From contig JANPLN010000051.1 in assembly GCA_031426555.1 (NCBI GenBank), forward strand, positions 1-13,189: a stretch of DNA of 13,189 nt. Direction: 5' to 3'. The translations under genes and the position numbers were made by a program. Under the pieces are notes generated by a model that was not told where the DNA came from, searched no databases, and worked only from the letters and a program-made list of their open reading frames with translations. Below are positions 1 to 9,000 of this stretch, piece after piece (the stretch's first letter is position 1; the number at the start of each line of letters is the position of its first letter). Source of the DNA: Bdellovibrionales bacterium (GTDB lineage Bacteria; Bdellovibrionota; Bdellovibrionia; Bdellovibrionales; JAGQZY01).

Positions 1-434
1 GCGAGTCCATACCCATGCACCATGCCGCCGGGGCTCTCGAGATCAACGATGACTTCGTCTTTGCTGGTGGCAACTGTGAGAATGGCGGTGACCACCTCAC
101 GCAATTGCTCAACCGCGGAGGCGCGAATATCGCCGTTGAAGTGGATATAAAAACTTCGCGGTCGCGAGATTTGTTTTTTGCCGTCAGTGTTCTCGCCTTT
201 GGTCTGAGTCTTAAGTTCTTTTTTAAAGGCTTTTTTGTCGAGAAACTCCTCGAGGAGGGCGTTTTTGTATTTTTTAAAACGTTTGTTTAAATCCTTCACG
301 GAGATTTTATCTTCTACTTTCCCTTTGATGGCGGTCGAAAGAAGTAGAAGCAGTCCCAATATGATAATGGCTGCTTTAATAAAAAAACCGAAAACGTCGA
401 GGCCCCAAGGCAAAAGATGATTGATCCATTCCAT
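1..434 (-). CDS. sohB: Protease SohB (S49 peptidase), 5' part; truncated by the window edge
   Basis: Manual translation of the reverse strand from ATG at 434: MEWINHLLPWGLDVFGFFIKAAIIILGLLLLLSTAIK (TM anchor), a Lys-rich linker, then ...FYIHFNGDIRASAVEQLREVVTAILTVATSKDEVIVDLESPGGMVHGYGL. FxGDIxAS and LESPGGMVHGYGL are SohB signatures. Open to the edge, so absent from the ORF track. Confidence 0.93.
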   Translation of the reverse strand, partial: MEWINHLLPWGLDVFGFFIKAAIIILGLLLLLSTAIKGKVEDKISVKDLNKRFKKYKNALLEEFLDKKAFKKELKTQTKGENTDGKKQISRPRSFYIHFNGDIRASAVEQLREVVTAILTVATSKDEVIVDLESPGGMVHGYGL

Positions 435-441
435 ACTCGAA

Positions 442-470
442 TTTATAAGCTTGATCTCGCTTTTTGTCGA
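442..470 (-). promoter_or_regulatory. Putative sigma70 promoter of sohB (possibly leaderless)
   Basis: Reverse strand reads TCGACA (470-465), 17 nt, TATAAA (447-442), 7 nt, ATG (434). No clear Shine-Dalgarno. Confidence 0.5.
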
Positions 471-546
471 GCTCTAACAAAAGACTTTAGGCGGATTGAT
501 GATTTTTTCTTATACTCTCCTTAGAAACTGCCGATGGTAATTTGTT

Positions 547-954
547 ATGTTTATTCATCTATTGATCTGTCAACTCTTAGGATTTTCTTTTGCGTCCAGC
601 GTGCAAAGCTATCAGGAGCGCGAGCGAGCGTTTATGGAATGGCAGCAAAAACAAGAACAGCAACAAAAATTACGTCGGCGCGACGAAGACAAGCAAAAAG
701 AGTTGCGACGGGCGCGGGAGCTAGACGCTGTTCGTCGGCGCGAAGCCTTTCGCCGTGTGTTTAAAACCATGGAAGCTCAGGAATCCGAACATCTCGCTAA
801 ATTGGAACGCTTAGAAAAGCAGAGAAACTTCACCCGCGACGATTTCGCAAGTGATCATCATGAAGCCCTCAACTATTACGAGAAGCATATTTTGCCATTA
901 AAGAAAAAAGAGTACGATCTTGCCGAACCAACACACGCCGAGACCCGTCCATGA
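547..954 (+). CDS. Hypothetical exported protein, highly charged helical/coiled-coil
   Basis: Signal-peptide-like N-terminus (MFIHLLICQLLGFSFA), then an E/R/K/Q-rich run. Its stop overlaps the next start (ATGA 951-954). Confidence 0.7.
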   Translation: MFIHLLICQLLGFSFASSVQSYQERERAFMEWQQKQEQQQKLRRRDEDKQKELRRARELDAVRRREAFRRVFKTMEAQESEHLAKLERLEKQRNFTRDDFASDHHEALNYYEKHILPLKKKEYDLAEPTHAETRP

Positions 955-1334
955 GCGAAGAAGTCAAAACGCTTTTTATTTTATTGTTTGTCTATCAATT
1001 GAAACATTTTTTTGCCGATTACATTTTTCAATACAACTACATGCTCAAGAAAATTCGTCCGGGATGGGATTTTGTGGCGCCACTCAGTCTCCATTGCGCC
1101 GTGCACGGCGGCATGACCCTCATAGTTTGCCTCTTTGTTAGGCCGAGCATGTGGTGGTTGGGATTGTTAGATTTCGCGATCCATTTCGTCACCGATCGTT
1201 TGCGCTCAGGTCCTCTCTACTTGGGGCGCTACACCGATATCAATGACTCTATTTTTTGGTGGATACTTGGGTTTGATCAGATGGTTCATCACTTAACGCA
1301 CTTGCTCATAATTGCAATTCTGCTCTATAGTTAA
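951..1334 (+). CDS. DUF3307 domain membrane protein
   Basis: Hydrophobic 127 aa with the motifs KHFFADYIFQ, HCAVH, HFVTD and GFDQMVH typical of DUF3307. Confidence 0.85.
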   Translation: MSEEVKTLFILLFVYQLKHFFADYIFQYNYMLKKIRPGWDFVAPLSLHCAVHGGMTLIVCLFVRPSMWWLGLLDFAIHFVTDRLRSGPLYLGRYTDINDSIFWWILGFDQMVHHLTHLLIIAILLYS

Positions 1335-1422
1335 GCAATCCCCCCTCGCTTTTGTAAAAGTTTCTTGATTCACCCCTGAAATCCAGTGATCCTACCGCTG
1401 CCAAATCAACCGGGGGGTATAG

Positions 1423-2952
1423 ATGGGTAGATGGATCTTATTGGGAATGTTGTTTTCGTTAGAAGCCAACGCCGCAAAACTAAATTTTGGAATCTCGCAA
1501 GATGCGATCAACGTTCAACGTTCTGGTGAAGCTGTTAGAGGCTTTTCGAAAATCGAGGTAAGAGGCTACGAACTTTCGCGCAAAGTGGGCGAGCCGGAAC
1601 TCCCGGTAAAGAGCTTGCTCGTTTACGGAGCACGGAACGACATTCAAGTGTCGGTGAACTACAAAAGATCTTTTTTGATAGAAAAACTCAAGCCAATGCC
1701 TGCGCAAGAGCAGCCATGTCGTTGTGCGAATGATAAAAAGCGATCCTTTGCCTACAATGCAAGAGCTTATCAAAATAAACAAAAGTACAGCGTGGAATCC
1801 TTAGGATGGTGGCGCGGTCAGCCGGTTTCGCGCATCGATATTCCGCTGGCAAAGTACGATGCCAGTAGAAATGCTGTACAAGTTATCGAAGATGTCGAAA
1901 TTGAGCACAATGCCGTGGCGTTTTCTGTGAACAGCGAGCAATACAAAGATTATCTCATTGTGGTTCCAGCGAGAATGGCCAGTGGCGTGGTTGAATTTGC
2001 TCAGTGGAAGACCTCGCAAGGCTACAACGTCATCGTTGAAAAATTAGAAACTCCGCAAATCACGCTCGATGGAATCGCAAAATTGATTTTCGAAAATTAC
2101 ACAAAAAACGGAATTGATTTTGTGTTGATGGTGGGAGACGAAACCGTGTTGCCGATGTATCAAGTGCCGACGTCGGCGGGGCCGGCAACAACGGATATCA
2201 AATACTTCACTTTGGATGGCAGCGGGGATTATGTTCCCGATCTTTTTTACGGAAGAATCGTGGCCACAACGGCCGACGAAACTGCGCAGCAGCTGGCAAA
2301 ATCAATCGAATTCGAAAAAACCGGAACCAAAAATTCAAAAGGATTTTCGCATGTGATTGGGATTGCTTCCGATGAAGGTTATGGTCCCTCAGATGATGAG
2401 TATGTAAAGTCGATCGAAGATAAACTTCTTACGACCTTTGGATATACCAGCACGCACTTTTACCAAGGTGATCAAAAATCCAGTCCCATCGAACTTAATA
2501 AAAGTTTAAGCACGGGAGCGGCTTGGTTGTTTTATATGGGTCACGGTTCCGGATATTCGTGGCCGAGCCTGCGCCAAGAGTATTATATAGAGAACGTGGC
2601 CGAAATGAAAAACGCCACACAAATTAAGCCCATCATCATCGATGTGGCCTGTGCGAACGGCCGCCTCTTGCCTGGTTATTTGGGATCCGCGTTCTCGGAC
2701 GTGACAAACAAAGACGCCTTTGGTGCGGCCGCCTATTACGGCGGAACCGTGAATATTTCATGGCATCCGCCAGCTATCATGGCGCGCGGAATCGCGTTCG
2801 AACACGCCGCTAAAAACTTTAAGCATTTGGGAGAGGCTATCTTTGCCGGACAAATGTATCTCGCTGCCAACTGGGACAGCCAAGACGATATCGTCGACAA
2901 TTTCGAGTGGTATCAACTCCAAGGCGACCCCTCCCTCCTCATCCGCGAATAG
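1423..2952 (+). CDS. Gingipain-like cysteine peptidase, family C25 (signal peptide + propeptide + catalytic domain)
   Basis: Signal peptide ending ANA; propeptide motif GEPELP; YLIVVP..F..WK..QGY; FVLMVGD; PDLFYGRI; catalytic YMGHG (His374) and DVACANG (Cys410); terminal GDPSL. G-rich SD upstream. Confidence 0.93.
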   Translation: MGRWILLGMLFSLEANAAKLNFGISQDAINVQRSGEAVRGFSKIEVRGYELSRKVGEPELPVKSLLVYGARNDIQVSVNYKRSFLIEKLKPMPAQEQPCRCANDKKRSFAYNARAYQNKQKYSVESLGWWRGQPVSRIDIPLAKYDASRNAVQVIEDVEIEHNAVAFSVNSEQYKDYLIVVPARMASGVVEFAQWKTSQGYNVIVEKLETPQITLDGIAKLIFENYTKNGIDFVLMVGDETVLPMYQVPTSAGPATTDIKYFTLDGSGDYVPDLFYGRIVATTADETAQQLAKSIEFEKTGTKNSKGFSHVIGIASDEGYGPSDDEYVKSIEDKLLTTFGYTSTHFYQGDQKSSPIELNKSLSTGAAWLFYMGHGSGYSWPSLRQEYYIENVAEMKNATQIKPIIIDVACANGRLLPGYLGSAFSDVTNKDAFGAAAYYGGTVNISWHPPAIMARGIAFEHAAKNFKHLGEAIFAGQMYLAANWDSQDDIVDNFEWYQLQGDPSLLIRE

Positions 2953-2954
2953 CA

Positions 2955-2994
2955 AAAAGGTACGCCGTACCGCTTGCGGTACGGCGTACCTTTT
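2955..2994. terminator. Perfect 19-bp inverted repeat, bidirectional terminator-like
   Basis: AAAAGGTACGCCGTACCGC-TT-GCGGTACGGCGTACCTTTT, immediately after the C25 stop codon. Confidence 0.75.
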
Positions 2995-3010
2995 GGTTCA
3001 GATCTGCGTC

Positions 3011-3040
3011 AAAAAAGGGAAGCGATGGCTTCCCTTTTTT
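3011..3040. terminator. Bidirectional rho-independent terminator
   Basis: AAAAAAGGGAAGC-GATG-GCTTCCCTTTTTT, a 13-bp stem including the A/T tails, between convergent genes. Confidence 0.85.
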
Positions 3041-3053
3041 TGTTGGTGGGGTG

Positions 3054-3566
3054 TTAGTTACAGTCTTCTGGTTTTGCTTCGGAGAGGGGCATGGAAGCCA
3101 CGTGTTGGAACACGGTGCCTCGGATGGTGGACGAGAGATGTTCAACGTAGTTCCGGATGCAAACCGTTCCTTCTCGACGCAAGATCTCTTTGCGAACCAC
3201 TCGAATCTGAGCCACTTCCATGGGTTTTGTGAGGTCGTGAAAAATTGCAAAGCGGTCATCGCTTGTGGCACCCCAGTCCGGCTGATCTTTGCTTTTGCAA
3301 AAACCGGCATTGATGCATGGCCCTGGCGCACCGGGTGAGGTGTGATCGAGGTAAGTGAAATCCGCAATTTGTGGAACGGCAATTTTAAATGAGTTGGCCC
3401 CGTAGTCGCCTACTAGACAGAGCACTGTCTGAGGATTGAGCTGGATGTCCACTGTGTAGGTTTCATCGGCGATAATAACTTCCTTAAATACGAGGAATGG
3501 AGGAATTTCGTCGAACTGGGCTTGGACTTGCGTGCTTAAAATTAAACTTAATAAAATAGCTTTCAT
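3054..3566 (-). CDS. Hypothetical secreted protein, 170 aa, 5 Cys
   Basis: Start re-assigned to ATG 3566 (SD AAGGGAG upstream). Signal peptide MKAILLSLILSTQVQA. No family recognised. Confidence 0.8.
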   Translation of the reverse strand: MKAILLSLILSTQVQAQFDEIPPFLVFKEVIIADETYTVDIQLNPQTVLCLVGDYGANSFKIAVPQIADFTYLDHTSPGAPGPCINAGFCKSKDQPDWGATSDDRFAIFHDLTKPMEVAQIRVVRKEILRREGTVCIRNYVEHLSSTIRGTVFQHVASMPLSEAKPEDCN

Positions 3567-3624
3567 TGATTCTCCCTTGTTAAACCGCCCCATGCGGTGA
3601 AACCAAGTTAGACGGGCATTGTGC

Positions 3625-3670
3625 ATAAATATAATGAATTATACAAAGCCCTATGATAGAAAAAATGAAT
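3625..3670. promoter_or_regulatory. Paired LysR-type T-N11-A boxes in the divergent promoter region
   Basis: ATAAATATAATGAAT (3625-3639) and ATAGAAAAAATGAAT (3656-3670), both AT-N11-AT, 31 bp apart; the second overlaps the LysR ATG. Confidence 0.55.
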
Positions 3671-4511
3671 GATTAGCGCAGACGATTTAAAATACTTTAT
3701 CGAAGTTGCAAGAGTGGGCCATGTCACCCGAGCCGCCGAACGGTTGGGTATCACGCAACCAGCTCTTTCCCACGCCATCAAAAAGATCGAGGCGGACGTG
3801 CAAGTTCCTCTATTTTTACGCTCGAAACGCGGCGTGCAACTGACCTCCGCCGGAGAGATTTTATTGCACTCGGCGCAAAATCTCTTGGAACAGTGGAAAA
3901 CAGTCCGCGAAGCGGTGCTTTTAAACAAAAACTCTCCGCAAGGATTGATTCGTCTTGGCTGTCATGCGGCGGTGGCTCAATATATGCTGCCCGAATTTTT
4001 AACAAAGATGCTAGAACAGTATCCGCTTTTACATTTTCAACTGGTGCATGGATTGTCTCGACAGATGACCGATCTTGTTAACGCGGGTCAGTTGGACGTG
4101 GGAATAGCGGTGAATCCCGCAAAAAATCCCGACCTCATTATGACTCTCCTCTGTGACGATGAAGTGACAATGTGGGAAAGTAAATCTTGTCGAAATCCTG
4201 ACGTCCTTTTTGTTGAGCCCAGCTTGATGCAAACCCAATTCATTCTCGGAAAAATTAAAAAAGAGAAAGTTAAAAACTATCGTTTGGTTGAATCGGCGAG
4301 TCTGGACGTCATTGCAAAAATGGTGATTAGCGGCGCGGGGCGAGGCCTTCTTCCGCGGCGAGTTCTGCTTTCTGCGCGCGGTGAACAGTGTCACGTGGTC
4401 AAGGATGCGCCGAAATTTGTGGACAAGGTTTATCTTATCTACAAAAAAGAATTTCGCCAGCTGATGCGTGGCAAAGTGTTTATCGAAGTCCTCAAAAAAA
4501 TGCGGTTTTAA
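3669..4511 (+). CDS. LysR family transcriptional regulator
   Basis: N-terminal HTH LKYFIEVARVGHVTRAAERLGITQPALSHAIKKIE...LFLRSKRGVQLTSAG, followed by a substrate-binding domain. Confidence 0.96.
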   Translation: MISADDLKYFIEVARVGHVTRAAERLGITQPALSHAIKKIEADVQVPLFLRSKRGVQLTSAGEILLHSAQNLLEQWKTVREAVLLNKNSPQGLIRLGCHAAVAQYMLPEFLTKMLEQYPLLHFQLVHGLSRQMTDLVNAGQLDVGIAVNPAKNPDLIMTLLCDDEVTMWESKSCRNPDVLFVEPSLMQTQFILGKIKKEKVKNYRLVESASLDVIAKMVISGAGRGLLPRRVLLSARGEQCHVVKDAPKFVDKVYLIYKKEFRQLMRGKVFIEVLKKMRF

Positions 4512-4538
4512 TTTGCCAGCATCCACCGTTTTTGGAGC

Positions 4539-4567
4539 TTGCCTGTCAACAGCTGTAATCCTATATT
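4539..4567 (+). promoter_or_regulatory. Putative sigma70 promoter of the tolC-RND operon
   Basis: TTGCCT (4539-4544), 17 nt, TATATT (4562-4567); SD GAGG precedes ATG 4609. Confidence 0.6.
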
Positions 4568-4608
4568 GTGAATGTTAAGTAAACCGAATACTACGATGAG
4601 GAATTCTC

Positions 4609-6030
4609 ATGCTCCTAAAGCTCCTATTTGTTTTTAGTGGTGGACTGTTTGTATTGTCCGAGGAAAAAGTTTCTCTGCAAGATTATCTGGCAGTGGTTAA
4701 AGAAAAAAATCCATCCTTCAAGGCCGCCACTTTAAAAAAAGCTGGTTTTGCCGACTCCATGCGTGAAGGTGATTTGTACTTCAAGACAGTTCTCAATGGC
4801 AAAGCGGCCGTGGATTCAAACGCAGGATTTCCCAATCAGCCAGGATTTTTTTACGATGAAATTCGCACCAATTCCTACAATCTGGGGCTTTCGCAAGAGT
4901 TCGCTTTTGGGATGCAAATGAAGCTCAATTACAATGTTTTTAAAACCAAATTTTTCAATGCTGGTTTCGGCGCCACGCCGCTACCGTTTGAAAATTGGAA
5001 TGCGATCCCCAGCATGGATGTGGAAATTCCTCTTTGGCAAAACCTTTTTGCCCGTTCGTCAAGAGCGCAAAGAGACATGACCGTGGCGCAAAACCGCGCG
5101 GAGTTTGAGGCCGCAAATCTTGAACAAACTGAAGTTCTCATCAATGCCGAACTCGCCTACTGGAGATTGGCAACAGCTCAATCAGTGCTGCGCGTGCAAA
5201 AAGAGGCTTTCGCACGATCGAAAGATCTTTTTGATTTTATCCAAAAAAAGGCGCGCATGGATCTGCGAGATAAATCCGATGTGCTGCAAACCAAAGCCGC
5301 CTACGTGGCAAATGAACTCGATCTCAAACTTGCATTGGACGAAGAGCGAAGCGCGCAAAGGAATTTCAATCGATGGCGATTTGCAGATTCGGGGGATAGC
5401 GTTCCGACGCTGAAAACAATTGATTTAGAAAGTTTTGATCGCACCGTGCTCCCTCAACAAAGACCTGGAGAGCGCCTGGATGTGACAATCGCCCAAGAGC
5501 AATCAAAGCTGACCAAAGCTGTGGCCGTAATGGCGGAGGAGCGTAACAAGCCTGCGTTGTCCCTTGTGGGATCCTATGCGATGAACGGGCGGAATGATCT
5601 TCGCATGTCGGATGCCATTTCCAATGCCAACACGTCCAACAGGAACAGCTATGCGTATGGCGTGCAATTTACGGTGCCGCTGCATCTGGCGGCAAGCGCC
5701 GATGCCCGCGAAGGTGCTCGTCTGCGGCAGGCAGCCGCCGACGCCGATTTGGAGTTTAAGAAAAAAGATCAAGATCTTCAGTGGGCGGATCTTGTTGCCA
5801 ACCATCAGGAATCTTTGAATCGTTTAGATCTTCTTGGGCAAATTGTTAAAGCGCAACTTGCAAAACTGCAGGAGGAGAAGCGGCTGATCCGATTGGGGAG
5901 ATCCTCCCTTTTTAATGTTTTAAATTTCGAGCAGGAGTATCTGCGCTCCGAGCGAGCGCGAGCGCAGTCGCTGTTTGAATGCACAAGTCTTCGTTTACAG
6001 GGTCAACTTTATACTGGGAGAATTCAGTGA
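4609..6030 (+). CDS. TolC family outer membrane efflux protein
   Basis: Signal peptide; two OEP-like repeats (SLQDYL..VKEKNP; VEIPLWQN; AYWRL; ERLD; GVQFTVPL; LGRSSLFNVLNFEQ); directly upstream of an RND permease. Confidence 0.9.
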   Translation: MLLKLLFVFSGGLFVLSEEKVSLQDYLAVVKEKNPSFKAATLKKAGFADSMREGDLYFKTVLNGKAAVDSNAGFPNQPGFFYDEIRTNSYNLGLSQEFAFGMQMKLNYNVFKTKFFNAGFGATPLPFENWNAIPSMDVEIPLWQNLFARSSRAQRDMTVAQNRAEFEAANLEQTEVLINAELAYWRLATAQSVLRVQKEAFARSKDLFDFIQKKARMDLRDKSDVLQTKAAYVANELDLKLALDEERSAQRNFNRWRFADSGDSVPTLKTIDLESFDRTVLPQQRPGERLDVTIAQEQSKLTKAVAVMAEERNKPALSLVGSYAMNGRNDLRMSDAISNANTSNRNSYAYGVQFTVPLHLAASADAREGARLRQAAADADLEFKKKDQDLQWADLVANHQESLNRLDLLGQIVKAQLAKLQEEKRLIRLGRSSLFNVLNFEQEYLRSERARAQSLFECTSLRLQGQLYTGRIQ

Positions 6031-9000
6031 GTTTAGCAGAGCTGTCGATCAAACGACCCATTTTTATTTCCTGTATCATTTTTATGATGTTGGTTGTGGG
6101 CACCGCTGCCATCTACAAAATGCCAGTGGATCTGTTCCCCGATGTGAATTTTCCAATCATCACTGTTACAACGGTCTACCCAGGAGCGGGTCCTTCGGAA
6201 ATTGAAACGCTGATCACCAAACCTGTGGAAGATGAAGTGTCGACAATTTCTGGACTCAAGCGATTGACCTCGACGAGTCAAGAGGGCTTTAGCCAAGTGA
6301 TTGCTGAGTTTACTTTGGAGACCGATATCAAGTTTGCCGAACAACAAGTGCGCGATAAGGTCGCACTGGTTAAAACCAAGATTCCCCAGGAAACCGAAGA
6401 ACCAGTCATCCGTAGAATTGATCCGTCTGATACGCCGGTGCTGAGAATCGCGGTAGAAGCCGATCTCGACGACGGAAAACTTTACGATTTAGTGGATAAA
6501 AAAATTAAGGCCCAGCTACAACAAGTGAAAGATGTGGGCTTGGTGTCGATCACCGGCGGTCGCAAGCGCGAAATTCATGTTCATCTCGACCGCGAAAAAT
6601 TAAAAGACCGACAAGTCTCCGCAGGACAAGTGGCCATGCTTTTGGGAATGACCGGCGAAAATATTCCCGCTGGAAAAGTGAACGAATCCACCAAAGAAAC
6701 GGTTTTTAAAAGCGTGGGCGAATTCGTTAACCTGAAAGATATTTCAAACACAATTATATCGTTGTTCTTTAACGACTCATCTGTGCGGGTTCAGGATGTT
6801 GGCGCGGTGAAAGACTCCCTCCAGGACGAAAAACGCCGGGCGTTTGTTAACGGAAAAAAATCTTTGTTTGTGGATATTTACAAACAATCGCGAACGAATA
6901 CAATTGCTGTGGTTCGCGGAGTTAAAAATAAACTCCCTAAAATTGAGGAAAGTTTAAAAAACACAGGTGTGGAGGTAAAACTAAAATACATTCAAGATGG
7001 AAGTCGAGAGGTCGATGCGAATATTGTCGACGTAAAAGAAACCATTTTCCTGGGAATTTTACTTACAGTTCTTGTAGTGTACTTCTTCTTAGGCAGCGCC
7101 CGCTCTACGGTCATTACCGCATTGGCATTGCCAAACTCCATCATTGGCGCTTTCATACTTATGGCGCTCAATGGTTTTTCTATCAATATCGTCACTTTAA
7201 CCGCCCTCGTTTTGGCTGTGGGGCTGCTAGTGGATGACGCCATCGTTGTGCGAGAAAATATTTTCCGTCGACTCGAGATGGGCGAAGATCCGTTCACCGC
7301 TTCCGTTCAGGGCACAAAAGAGGTGCAACTGGCGGTGATTGCCACCACTCTCGTGGTGATTGCCGTGTTTGCTCCCGTGGCATTCACCGCGGGTATTGTT
7401 GGTCAGTTTCTGAGGCAGTTTGGTTTAACGGTTTGTTTTGCCATGGTGATTTCACTGTTTGATGCCCTCACGGTCGCGCCAATGCTTTCGTCGTACTTTG
7501 CGGGCCCTCCCCATTCTGCAAAACACACCGGTGGTTTTTGGGATCGATTGACTCAGCCCGTTCTCAGTCGTTTTGAAAAAATGCAGAGCTCTTTGGAGCA
7601 CTGGTACGAAAAGCTTTTAAATAAAGTTGTGAAGCGACCGATCACGGTGCTGATCCTATCGTTTGTTGTGTTTGTGCTTTGTATGTCAACGGTGGCGTTT
7701 ATTCCGGGCACGTTTATTCCTCCACAAGATAACGGAGAGTTTGTTGTGGATCTGGAGCTTCCTCCGGGAACGAATCTCGAAGAGATGTCGAGGGTGGCTC
7801 AGGAAATTGATGGCGTGATTCGCCAGAACAAAGAAATCGAGCTGACCAGTCTGACGGTGGGCGGGAGTAACGACGAGCCGCAATTGGCCAGTTGTTACAT
7901 ACGCATGATCAATTTTAAAAATCGCACAGTAAATACATCTGACATGAAAGATCGTGTGCGCGAGCAACTTAAGGGATATCAGGATGTAAAAATTCAGGTG
8001 AAAGATTACGATCCAACGGGAGGTGCTGCGACGCGGCCGTTTTCGTTGGCGTTGCTGGGGAATGATCAAAAAGCCCTCGAGGAAATGGCTAAAAAGTTAG
8101 TGGATGAATTAAAAAAAGAGCCAGATCTTAAAGAGGTGGACAGCTCAAGTCGCTTAGGAAAGCCCGAACTTCAATTTCGTCCGCGTATGGAGGCTTCGGA
8201 AAGTTTAGGAATCAACTCACGCTCGATTGGCGCCGAGCTGCGCGCCCAAGTTGAGGGCGTCAAGGCCGCAAAATTTCGCGAACTGGGCGAAGAGTATGAT
8301 ATTCGTGTCCGCTTGCAGGAAGATCAAAGGAACCTGCGCGAATCCTATTTAGACACATATGTTCCAAATATTAATCAACGACTGGTAAAACTCCGCAACG
8401 TCACCACGCTGAGTGATGTGGTTGGCCCCGCAAACATTGATCGCCAGGATCGTTCGCGAAAAATTTTAATAGGCGCCGACATTCGCGCTGGTGGAGATTT
8501 AAATGCCGTCATGGCAAAAACATCCTCGCGTTTAACCGGTGGAGATTTAAAACTTCCCACGGGTATGAGCTACTTGTATGTCGGTGACTCCGAAAGCTTT
8601 CAAGAAATGGGCTCCTCGCTCGGCGTAGCGCTGATGTTTGCCATTATTTTTATCTATATGGTTTTAGCCAGTCTCTACGAATCTTTTATCACACCCCTCA
8701 CCATTATGCTGGCGTTGCCATTGGCCCTCGGTGGTGCATTTGTCGGCTTATTGGTGGCGGGAGAGTCATTAAACCTTTTTGCTTTTTTGGGAATTTTTAT
8801 GCTGATAGGGGTGGCTGCCAAAAACTCCATTCTCCTTGTGGATTTTGCTAATCACGCCATGGAGAATGGCGAGGATCGAATCACTGCGATTATTGCCGCC
8901 GGAAAAACTCGTCTCCGCCCCATTTTGATGACGTCGGTGGCGCTGATTGCGGGCACTCTACCCTTGGCCATCGGTCTTAACGAAGCCTCCAGTCAACGCA

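Noticed and set aside
15..420. + strand ORFs 15..290 and 235..420
   Set aside because: Antisense shadows of sohB on the - strand.
2843..3382. ORFs 2843..3232, 2907..3338 and 2939..3382
   Set aside because: They run through the terminator hairpins and overlap better-supported genes; no motifs or SD.
5979..6026. Track N-terminal extension of the RND permease (also extensions at 3626, 10929, 11386 and 12329)
   Set aside because: Downstream starts fit SD, signal peptide or family N-termini better.
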